DNA from: an uncultured bacterium
Lineage (GTDB): Bacteria > UBP7 > UBA6624
Direction of reading: 5' to 3'
NCBI GenBank assembly: GCA_964012435.1
Contig: CAXGSM010000021.1
Coordinates: 1 to 14,090, forward strand
Length of the DNA: 14,090 nt
The position numbers and the translations under genes are program-made. Under the pieces are notes generated by a model that worked only from the letters and a program-made list of their open reading frames with translations, was not told the DNA's origin and ran no database searches. Numbering within the stretch: the first letter of the stretch is position 1; the number at the start of each line of letters is the position of its first letter. Of the stretch, positions 6,520-14,090 are shown piece by piece.

Positions 6520-9500
6520 TTTTGGCACCTCTTCTTTTTTCAGCCATTACATAGAGGCATGGGATTAAATAAATTATTAAAAATGTACCCACAGCCAAAC
6601 CTCCCATTATTGAAACACCAAGCGCTTTAAACCATTCAGCTTGACCAGTTGTATCTAAAACCATAGGTATGAGCGCTCCAATTGTTGTAACACTAGTCAT
6701 AAGTATAGGTCTAAGCCTTTGTGATGTGCCTAGAGAAACAGATTCCATAAGGTTCATGCCTTGTTCTCTTAATTGATTGATTCTATCTATTAGGACAATT
6801 GAATCATTTACCACGATTCCAGTTAAGGCAACCACCCCCATAAGTGCAAGAAAACCAAAAGACTCTCCACTTACCAAAAGAGCTACAATCACACCAATTA
6901 AAGCAAAGGGTATTGCTGTAATGACAACCATTGATTGTCTAAAGGAATTGAAAACAGCAACTAATAGCAATGAAATTAAACCTATTGCAACAAGAAAAGC
7001 AGTCCCCATTTCAGATTGACCCGTCATCGCTTCTTCATTTTCTCCACCATATTCAATTATGATTCCATTTGGAATCTGGTTTGATTCAATAATTTTTTTA
7101 ATATCCTCCAAAACAATTTGAGAAGGAGGGCCTTGTGGTTTTACATTAGCTGATATAGATATTGTTTTTTTGCCATTCCAATGTGAAAAAAGAACAGGAG
7201 TTACTTGTCGGGTGGTTTTTGAAACCATATCAATTGGAACGAGAAAGCCCAGATTGTTTCTTACTGAAACAAGAGATAAATCTGATATCTTCTTCCTAAA
7301 CTCTTCCGGGTACCTGATTATCACATCTGCATCTTCATCTTGGTTTTCAACAGGCATTCTCATAACAATAGATCCATCAAAAGCATTTTTTGATTCATTT
7401 GCAATACTGAAAGGGGCCACACTTAATTTTGCAGCCTTATCTTCAAGTATTTGTATTTTTAATTCAGGATTTCCTGGTTGATGACTTCTATCAATTTCAG
7501 TTAAAACTGGATTTGCTAACATTATGCTTTCCAGCATGTCTGTATATTCAATCAAGTCATCATAATTATTCCCCAAAGCTCTAATGATGATATCGTTTCC
7601 AGCGGGAGGCCCTTCTGTTATTTCAACGAATTGTATTTTTGCTCCAGGTATTTCATCAAAAATTTTTTGCAGATTGGGCTGATGCTCATCTATTGCTTCT
7701 TTTCTGTGTTTTTCATAAAAAGATCCTGTTATTCTTGCAAAATGTGGACCACCACCTCCACCTATTGTTCCAACTACATTTTCACCTGAATCGCCTACGC
7801 TTGTTGTGTAGAAATCGATTTCAGCAGTTGCATCAAGTACTTTTTCTACCTCTTTTGCAATTGAGTCTGTTATTTCTACAGATGTTCCCCACGGAGCTTC
7901 AACGTCTATTATGAATTCCTTCATGGAAACCTTTGGAAAGAATTCAGCATTCTCAAGCAATTTAGGAACAAGCGACATTGAGCCTATGAAAAAGAATACA
8001 AAAACAGCAAGTGTTTTCCAAGGTTTTTTTATAAGGTTCGAAATAATCTGTTGATGTTTTTTAGCATAAACTGAGAAATCGATACCTGTAAAAATATTTT
8101 TCTTTTTTTCCTGTTTCATAAAAATTGCACATATTGAAGGGAGGATGAAATGTCCGGTAATCAATGCACCGGTTAGGGTAAATATGACCATTGCAGGTAC
8201 ATATTTCATAAATTCACCCATAGTTCCAGAAAGAAACATGAGAGGGCCGAAAGCGGCAATGGTTGTCAGGATTGCTGCTGTTATAGGCATGCTCACCTGA
8301 TGTATTCCTTTTTTTGCAGCTTGTTTTGGAGGAACCCCTTTCTCAACCTGTCTAAATATATTTTCAACCACAATAATGTCATCATCAACCAGCATTCCAA
8401 GCACTATGATTATTCCAAAAACCGTTACATTGTTCAAAGAGTAACCAATACTGTTTGCAATTATTAAAGAAAAGCCAAGCGCTAAGGGGATTCCAAGAGC
8501 AACAAGTAAAGAATTTTTAAAACCGACAAAGAGAATCAAAACAATAATAACTATCCAGAAACCATCAGAAAGGTTGTTAACCATTACTCCAATTAGCTCA
8601 TCTCTTACGGCAGAAACTTGCTCTTGGGCAATTTCTATCTTTAGATTAGGGTTTTTTGTATTCAGCTCATCTACAAGCGAAAATACACTTTCTCCAACTT
8701 TTACGGTATTTTCACCAGTTGTTTTTTTAACAACGATATTTATAGATTTTTGACCATTATGTCTAGAGTAGGTAGTAATTTTTTTCGGTGAAATTTTTAT
8801 ATTTGCTATATCGCTCAATAAAAAAGAATTTCCATATGCGTCTGGAATGATTAAGTTGTTGATCTCTTTTATAGTTTCAGATTTACCTCTGTAAGAAATT
8901 TGTAACTCCTGTGATCCGGTGTCAAGAGAACCTATTGGCATATCAAAAAGTAATTGTTGAACGGAGTTAGAAAGCTCAGTAAGCGTCAGTCCTTTTTGGC
9001 GTAATCGAGAGGGGCTCGGTTCAATCTGTATTGTGTTTTCTTTAGCACCAAATAGCTCTACACTAGCTAAACCATCAAGTTTTTCAATCTCACTAACAAC
9101 AAACAAAGCTTCTCTTTTAAGCGCTTCAGAATCCATATCACCAGATACAGTCAGTATTACTATCGGGACTTCTTCAAATGCTATTTCAGATATATCAGGA
9201 GTTTCAATCCCGACAGGCAGCAATGATCTTGATTCATCAACTGAGTCTTGCACCTCATTAATTGCTTTGTCTAAATCATAACCAGCATTGAATTCGAGAA
9301 TCAGGAAGCTAAAACCCGGAACCGAATAGGACCGCATGCTTTTTAACTCCTCCAGATCATCCATTTTTGTTTCCAGTGGGTTGGTTAAGCTTTTTTCAAC
9401 AGAAGATGATGATGAACCAGGCCATGGCACGTTTACTATCACATAAGGAACTTTTATATCAGGAGTGGATGCAGTGGGGATAGATTTGTAAGCTTGATAC

Positions 9501-9577
9501 CCACCAAAAAGCAGTCCTGCCATAAGCAGGTAAACCAATCTAGGTTTTTCTAGAAGATAATCTGTTAAAAATCTCAT
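6512..9577 (-). CDS. RND efflux transporter permease (AcrB/AcrD/AcrF family)
   Basis: 1021 aa with 12-TM layout and two large periplasmic loops; motifs WPGSS---VE, GMLVDDDIIVVENI, GEFMK, GIVVNDSIVLID, RLRPILMTSVTT. Confidence 0.95.
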   Translation of the reverse strand: MRFLTDYLLEKPRLVYLLMAGLLFGGYQAYKSIPTASTPDIKVPYVIVNVPWPGSSSSSVEKSLTNPLETKMDDLEELKSMRSYSVPGFSFLILEFNAGYDLDKAINEVQDSVDESRSLLPVGIETPDISEIAFEEVPIVILTVSGDMDSEALKREALFVVSEIEKLDGLASVELFGAKENTIQIEPSPSRLRQKGLTLTELSNSVQQLLFDMPIGSLDTGSQELQISYRGKSETIKEINNLIIPDAYGNSFLLSDIANIKISPKKITTYSRHNGQKSINIVVKKTTGENTVKVGESVFSLVDELNTKNPNLKIEIAQEQVSAVRDELIGVMVNNLSDGFWIVIIVLILFVGFKNSLLVALGIPLALGFSLIIANSIGYSLNNVTVFGIIIVLGMLVDDDIIVVENIFRQVEKGVPPKQAAKKGIHQVSMPITAAILTTIAAFGPLMFLSGTMGEFMKYVPAMVIFTLTGALITGHFILPSICAIFMKQEKKKNIFTGIDFSVYAKKHQQIISNLIKKPWKTLAVFVFFFIGSMSLVPKLLENAEFFPKVSMKEFIIDVEAPWGTSVEITDSIAKEVEKVLDATAEIDFYTTSVGDSGENVVGTIGGGGGPHFARITGSFYEKHRKEAIDEHQPNLQKIFDEIPGAKIQFVEITEGPPAGNDIIIRALGNNYDDLIEYTDMLESIMLANPVLTEIDRSHQPGNPELKIQILEDKAAKLSVAPFSIANESKNAFDGSIVMRMPVENQDEDADVIIRYPEEFRKKISDLSLVSVRNNLGFLVPIDMVSKTTRQVTPVLFSHWNGKKTISISANVKPQGPPSQIVLEDIKKIIESNQIPNGIIIEYGGENEEAMTGQSEMGTAFLVAIGLISLLLVAVFNSFRQSMVVITAIPFALIGVIVALLVSGESFGFLALMGVVALTGIVVNDSIVLIDRINQLREQGMNLMESVSLGTSQRLRPILMTSVTTIGALIPMVLDTTGQAEWFKALGVSIMGGLAVGTFLIIYLIPCLYVMAEKRRGAKNV

Positions 9578-10621
9578 TTATTTACCTATTCTTACCTTTT
9601 GTCCATCTCTCAGATTGCCAGGCCTTCTTAAGACTATTTTTTGTGATGATGTTACGCCCTCAATCAAAGCATCATTATCATTTTCCACTAATATATCAAT
9701 TGGAATCCATCTAATTTCATCTTGTTCATTTATTAGATAGACGCCCGGACCCTGAATCTGAACGATACTTGCAAGGGGCACTATATAACCCTGAGTATCA
9801 CCCATATTTATACTAGTTGTTACCCAAATTCCATTTTCAGTGTCTGTTTCGTCCATTGCTTCCCAAAGTGTATTCATGGTACCTGTCATCATGTCTGAAG
9901 ATCCTGATTTATGAGAAAGCATCCATATGTTTTTATTTTCATCTACAAGCGTATTTCCAATTTGTATTTCTTTTGCTACATGAGGGGCCAACATTATCTC
10001 CATCCGCATGCCTTTTAAGGGAAGTATTTTTACTGCAGGCATTCCAATAGCAACATCGTTTCCCAATCTTGAAAAAACGAATTCCACATTTAGGTCAAAC
10101 GGTGCAATAATATCGCAATCTTCAACTTGTATATTTTTTAAATCTAGCGCTATTTTGGTGCTTTCATAATTTAATACAGCCTGACTGACTGCCATTTCCA
10201 GCTTTTCTAATTGTTCTTGGCTAATGCTGCCTGTTTCTGATATTTTTTCAGCTCTTTCATAGTTCTTATTAGCATCATCTAGAGCTAATTCAGCCTGTCT
10301 TAACATTGTTTCTGAATTTGACCTATCTAACATTTGTACCTTGCACTCTAATGATGCTATTTTTTGGCCCTTAGTTACCTGGTCTCCTTCCTTGATAAGT
10401 ATCTCTTCAATGGTTCCTGAGGTTTTCCAGTTTAAATTTCCAGCACCAACCGTATTGATTAAACCAAGTGCAGGGTAGTATTTCTTTTGCACAGTCTCTA
10501 TTGGGTTGACCCATGTCACTAAAGGTATGTTTTCCTTTATTTCGATTTTTGATTCCATACTACTTTCTTGAGAACATCCGAATAATATGAGAAAATTCAA
10601 CAAAACAACGTGTTTTTTCAT
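9578..10621 (-). CDS. RND efflux periplasmic adaptor (membrane fusion protein), lipoprotein
   Basis: Lipobox LFGC, lipoyl-like SGTIEEILIKEGDQVTKGQKIA, alpha-hairpin, IIAPFD, VPLASIV, C-terminal LRDGQKVR; SD AGGAGG; stop abuts the permease ATG (TAAATG). Confidence 0.9.
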   Translation of the reverse strand: MKKHVVLLNFLILFGCSQESSMESKIEIKENIPLVTWVNPIETVQKKYYPALGLINTVGAGNLNWKTSGTIEEILIKEGDQVTKGQKIASLECKVQMLDRSNSETMLRQAELALDDANKNYERAEKISETGSISQEQLEKLEMAVSQAVLNYESTKIALDLKNIQVEDCDIIAPFDLNVEFVFSRLGNDVAIGMPAVKILPLKGMRMEIMLAPHVAKEIQIGNTLVDENKNIWMLSHKSGSSDMMTGTMNTLWEAMDETDTENGIWVTTSINMGDTQGYIVPLASIVQIQGPGVYLINEQDEIRWIPIDILVENDNDALIEGVTSSQKIVLRRPGNLRDGQKVRIGK

Positions 10622-10654
10622 TGGTTAACCTCCTAGCTAAAGCCCAATCCACCC

Positions 10655-10670
10655 ATTGTAAAAATATAAT
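10655..10670. promoter_or_regulatory. Back-to-back divergent -10 boxes between the RND operon and rnd
   Basis: ATTGTA at 10655-10660 (TACAAT on -) and TATAAT at 10665-10670 (+), the latter 7 nt before ATG 10678. Confidence 0.5.
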
Positions 10671-10677
10671 CGAAAAA

Positions 10678-11823
10678 ATGAAAGATTTTTCAATTGTTTT
10701 TGTAAAGGAATCTAAGCAGTTTTTTGAAATGTTAGATTTTATCGAGCTATTTGAGGAGATTTCAATCGACATGGAGGCTGATGGTTTTTATGCCTATAAG
10801 GCTAAACCCTGCTTATGGCAATTGTGCGTTGAGGATGAAGCCAAGAAATATGTTTTTCTTGTTGATCCTGTTTTATGGAAAGGAAAAGACCCTCTTCCAA
10901 TGCAGCATATTTTTGGTAACGACCAGATATTGAAGATTTTTCACGGTTCAGAATATGACTTTCAAATGATTTATGAAACCTACAGTATCGTTCCAAAAAA
11001 TATTGAAGACACAAAGATAGCGGCTGATCTTTTAGGCTGTCCATCACCCGGCTTAGACACATTGTTAAATGATTTTTTAGACATAAAGGTCAATAAGTCT
11101 AAAAGATTGCAAAGGGCAAATTGGGCTAAAAGACCTTTAACCGAAGAGCTGGTTGACTATGCTGCATTAGACGTGCTTCATTTAAAGGATCTAAGAGGAA
11201 AACTTATAAATGAACTTGAAGAAAAAGGCAGGTTGAAATGGTATTTGGAAGAGTGTTTCTTGTATCAGAATTCAAACCCTGTAATTCAGGATGAAATTAC
11301 AAAAGAGCATTCTCACAAAATAAAAGGAGCTAAGAAGTTAAGCAAATCTCAATTAGCAATTTTGGAAATCTTGTTTGAAACACGAGAGTCAATTTGCAGC
11401 AAAAAGAATTTGGCTTCATTTAGGCTTATCGGAAATCAGCAGCTTTTAGATATTGCTAAAAATTATGAAGGTTACAAGGATGTCTTTCCGAAAAGAATGG
11501 ATTTTAAAATCAAGAAAAAATTCATCAAATCAATTGACCTGATGAAGGCAAGCAAAAAGCCTTTACCTATTTTCTCTCCACCTAAAAAGAAAAAATACAA
11601 GAAAGGGCCAGATCATTTAACAAAAGCTATTCGTGAAATGAGATTAAAGAAAAGTGAAAAGCTAAACATTCTGCCAGGTGTATTGTTACCAGCAAGAATA
11701 TTGAATGCAATAGCTCTTTCTAATCCTAAAAATCTTAATGAATTAAAAAATGTTAATGGAGTCAGGAAGTGGCAAGCTGAATTGTTGGGCGAAAGTATCC
11801 TGAATGCCATTGATAAAGTTTGA
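10678..11823 (+). CDS. rnd: Ribonuclease D-like 3'-5' exonuclease with HRDC domains
   Basis: DEDDy motifs SIDMEADG, FHGSEYD, EDTKIAA, NWAKRPL, YAALDV; HRDC-like segments, the last ending ELKNVNGVRKWQAELLG. Start moved to ATG 10678 because TTG 10621 collides with the divergent gene's start. Confidence 0.85.
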   Translation: MKDFSIVFVKESKQFFEMLDFIELFEEISIDMEADGFYAYKAKPCLWQLCVEDEAKKYVFLVDPVLWKGKDPLPMQHIFGNDQILKIFHGSEYDFQMIYETYSIVPKNIEDTKIAADLLGCPSPGLDTLLNDFLDIKVNKSKRLQRANWAKRPLTEELVDYAALDVLHLKDLRGKLINELEEKGRLKWYLEECFLYQNSNPVIQDEITKEHSHKIKGAKKLSKSQLAILEILFETRESICSKKNLASFRLIGNQQLLDIAKNYEGYKDVFPKRMDFKIKKKFIKSIDLMKASKKPLPIFSPPKKKKYKKGPDHLTKAIREMRLKKSEKLNILPGVLLPARILNAIALSNPKNLNELKNVNGVRKWQAELLGESILNAIDKV

Positions 11824-11848
11824 ATTTTCAAATCTAATTAGATAGAAT
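11820..11848 (+). promoter_or_regulatory. Sigma70-type promoter, probably leaderless, for the ACAD-thyX-EamA genes
   Basis: TTGAAT (11820-11825), 17-nt spacer, TAGAAT (11843-11848), 6 nt before ATG 11855; no SD. Confidence 0.6.
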
Positions 11849-11854
11849 TGCTGT

Positions 11855-13027
11855 ATGCCTGTTGGTGCTCCAGATTTTTTTGAATTAGACAATCAGTTGT
11901 CTGCTGTGGAAAAAGGTGTTAGGAGTGCTGCAAGATCCTTTGTTGAAAAAGAAGTTAACCCTATTATTTCAGATTGTTACATAGAGGGAAGATTCCCTAT
12001 TGACTTAATACCAAAAATTGCTGCAAAAGGATTTTTGGGTCCAACACTTCCAAAAAAATATGGAGGGATGGAATTAAACCATGTTGCTTATGGTCTTATG
12101 CTGCATGAGCTTGAGGCTGGTGATTCTGGCATTAGATCATTTGTTTCGGTTCAGGGTGCACTGTGCATGTATCCGATTTATCGTTACGGTAGTGAGGAGC
12201 AAAAAATGAGATGGTTGCCAAAAATGGCAAAAGGTGAACTGGTTGGTTGTTTTGGACTCACAGAGCCAAATGCAGGCAGTGATCCTGGAAGAATGTCAAC
12301 AACAGCAACAAAAAAAGGCGATTCATGGGAGATAACTGGCAGAAAAATGTGGATCACCAATGGCTCTATTGCTGATTTAGCTGTAGTGTGGGCAAAAGAT
12401 TCTTCATCTGGAGAGGTTCTTGGTTTTGTTGTTGAAAAAGGAATGCCAGGATTTAGTGCCCCTGAGATAGAAGGCAAGCTTTCTTTGAGAGCAAGTAGAA
12501 CCAGTGAACTTGTCCTTGACAAGGTTAATGTTCCAGATTCAAACAGATTGCCTGAAGCTAAAGGATTAAGCGGACCGCTCTCATGCCTTAACCAAGCAAG
12601 ATTTGGTATTGCATGGGGAACTTTGGGTTTAGCAACTGATTGTTATGCAGAGGCACTAAAGTATTCACAAGAAAGAGTTCAATTTGATAAACCGATTGCT
12701 CAATTCCAATTAACACAAAAAAAACTTGTTGAACTGCATACCGATATTTCATTGGGTCAGATAATGATGTTGCAGTTTGGCAGGATGAAAGAGAGCGGCA
12801 ATTTAAGACATCAGCATGTTTCAATGGCAAAAATGTTTTGCTGCGAATTAGGTTTAAGAGCTGCAAGAGTAGCGAGGTCAATACTTGGTGGGTCTGGAAT
12901 ATTGGCTGATTTTCACTGCATGAGGCATTCGCAAAATATGGAAAGCGTTTTTACATATGAAGGAACTCATGAGGTTCATGAATTGATACTAGGCAGAGAG
13001 ATTACTGGTCTAGACGGTTTTTCTTAA
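11855..13027 (+). CDS. gcdH: Acyl-CoA dehydrogenase, glutaryl-CoA dehydrogenase-like
   Basis: ELEAGDSGIRSFVSVQGAL, GCFGLTEPNAGSDP, KMWITNG, KLSLRAS, GPLSCLNQARFGIAWG, TYEGTHEVHELILGREITG, all typical of the GCDH clade; the substrate is inferred from these motifs. Confidence 0.85.
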   Translation: MPVGAPDFFELDNQLSAVEKGVRSAARSFVEKEVNPIISDCYIEGRFPIDLIPKIAAKGFLGPTLPKKYGGMELNHVAYGLMLHELEAGDSGIRSFVSVQGALCMYPIYRYGSEEQKMRWLPKMAKGELVGCFGLTEPNAGSDPGRMSTTATKKGDSWEITGRKMWITNGSIADLAVVWAKDSSSGEVLGFVVEKGMPGFSAPEIEGKLSLRASRTSELVLDKVNVPDSNRLPEAKGLSGPLSCLNQARFGIAWGTLGLATDCYAEALKYSQERVQFDKPIAQFQLTQKKLVELHTDISLGQIMMLQFGRMKESGNLRHQHVSMAKMFCCELGLRAARVARSILGGSGILADFHCMRHSQNMESVFTYEGTHEVHELILGREITGLDGFS

Positions 13028-13030
13028 ATT

Positions 13031-13738
13031 ATGGAGCCAATCAAAAAAAATGTTTTAGACAAGGGTTTCATTGAGGTGGTAGATTCTTTAGGGTCTGATT
13101 TAACTGTTGTAAATTCAGCTAGGGTTTCTTTTGGGAAAAGAAAAACAACTTTTGATTCTGCCGACAGAGGCTTGGTTAAGTATCTTGCAGCTCATAAGCA
13201 TTATTCGCCATTTAGACATATGTATATTCAGTTTCACGTTAAAGCACCGGAGTTCGTTATGCGTCAATGGTATAAGCATGTTGTAGGAATAGAAACTTCA
13301 TCATCTTATCCAACTAAAGATCATGCCTGGAATGAAATTAGTGGAAGGTATGTTCCAGTCGAGGATTTTTACCAGCCAGAAAGATGGAGAAGGCAATCTG
13401 AAGACAATAAGCAAGGAAGCGAAGGTTCTATTGATGAACCAGAGAAAGCCAAAGAGGTTTTTGAAAATTTCATGAATGCCTCACAGGATTATTACCAGCA
13501 GCTTTTGGATCTTGGAGTTGGCAAAGAGCAAGCGAGAATGATATTGCCATTGAACCAGTATACTGAAGTTTATTGGACAGCATCCTTTCAGGCAGTAATG
13601 AATTTTTTGGATTTGAGAGATGAGAAAACAGCTCAATGGGAGATTCAGGAATACGCAAGGGCCATCAAGGAAGTCATGTTTGAAATCTTCCCTGAATCAA
13701 CAAAGATTTGGAATGAAGTTCATTGGGACAAATCTTAG
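13031..13738 (+). CDS. thyX: FAD-dependent thymidylate synthase (variant signature)
   Basis: VLDKGFI, VVNSARVSF, HKHYSPFRH, HVKAPEFVMRQW, NEISGRY, GVGKEQARMILP, FLDLR---AQWEI. Confidence 0.92.
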   Translation: MEPIKKNVLDKGFIEVVDSLGSDLTVVNSARVSFGKRKTTFDSADRGLVKYLAAHKHYSPFRHMYIQFHVKAPEFVMRQWYKHVVGIETSSSYPTKDHAWNEISGRYVPVEDFYQPERWRRQSEDNKQGSEGSIDEPEKAKEVFENFMNASQDYYQQLLDLGVGKEQARMILPLNQYTEVYWTASFQAVMNFLDLRDEKTAQWEIQEYARAIKEVMFEIFPESTKIWNEVHWDKS

Positions 13739-13742
13739 ATAG

Positions 13743-14090
13743 TTGAACGAATCTTTAGGAAATACTCTTATATTGATTGGATGTGCAATATGGGCAGTTG
13801 CTCTTTCGTTTTTCAAGATAGCTGAAAGACATATTGATTCTTCGCAGATAAACCTAATTAAGAATTCTGTTGGCCTTGTTTTTGTAACCGGCTGGATGTT
13901 TTTTACAGGTGGTTGGAATCCTGGAAATGTTGATCTTGCATGGCAGTTGATGTTTGCTTCAGGCGTTATCGGCATGGCATTTGGTGATGTATTTTTTTTA
14001 TCTGCTATAGGAAGATTGGGAGTAGGCAAAGCTACATCCATGGCGCTTCTGACACCAGTGTTGACATTGGTGTTGGAATTTTTTATCCTC
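13743..14090 (+). CDS. DMT/EamA-family transporter, N-terminal part; runs off the window
   Basis: Manual translation from TTG 13743 (in-frame TAG immediately upstream): MNESLGNTLILIGCAIWAVALSFFK...NLIKNSVG...SGVIGMAFGDVFFLSAIGRLGVGKATSMALLTPVLTLVLEFFIL, a typical EamA TM pattern. Confidence 0.85.
   Translation, partial: MNESLGNTLILIGCAIWAVALSFFKIAERHIDSSQINLIKNSVGLVFVTGWMFFTGGWNPGNVDLAWQLMFASGVIGMAFGDVFFLSAIGRLGVGKATSMALLTPVLTLVLEFFIL

Noticed and set aside
10621..10677. N-terminal extension of RNase D from TTG 10621
   Set aside because: It overlaps the start codon and SD of the divergent MFP; ATG 10678 with an upstream TATAAT fits better.

Overview
AT-rich, very compact bacterial chromosomal region, probably from a diderm (it has a TolC-type outer-membrane factor); taxon cannot be assigned from sequence alone. 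Left to right: N-terminal part of a PAPS-reductase-family gene (- strand, missed by the ORF track) divergent from purA; a tRNA cluster (Lys-TTT, Glu-TTC, Asp-GTC, Phe-GAA) with a single-domain SpoU/TrmH-family methyltransferase inside it; an unannotated 33-aa basic four-Cys microprotein with its own promoter and RBS; a long - strand run (RND MFP, RND permease, TolC, P5C dehydrogenase, stand-alone DUF2470-like protein, conserved hypothetical) ending in an intrinsic terminator; then + strand RNase D, glutaryl-CoA dehydrogenase-like ACAD, an atypical ThyX and a partial EamA transporter. Mostly housekeeping: no mobile element, CRISPR or defence system seen. The most notable signals are the microprotein, recurrent leaderless-type starts (TAGAAT/TATAAT 6-8 nt before start codons, including back-to-back divergent -10 boxes), the tRNA-Lys/methyltransferase coupling and the ThyX motif variant.
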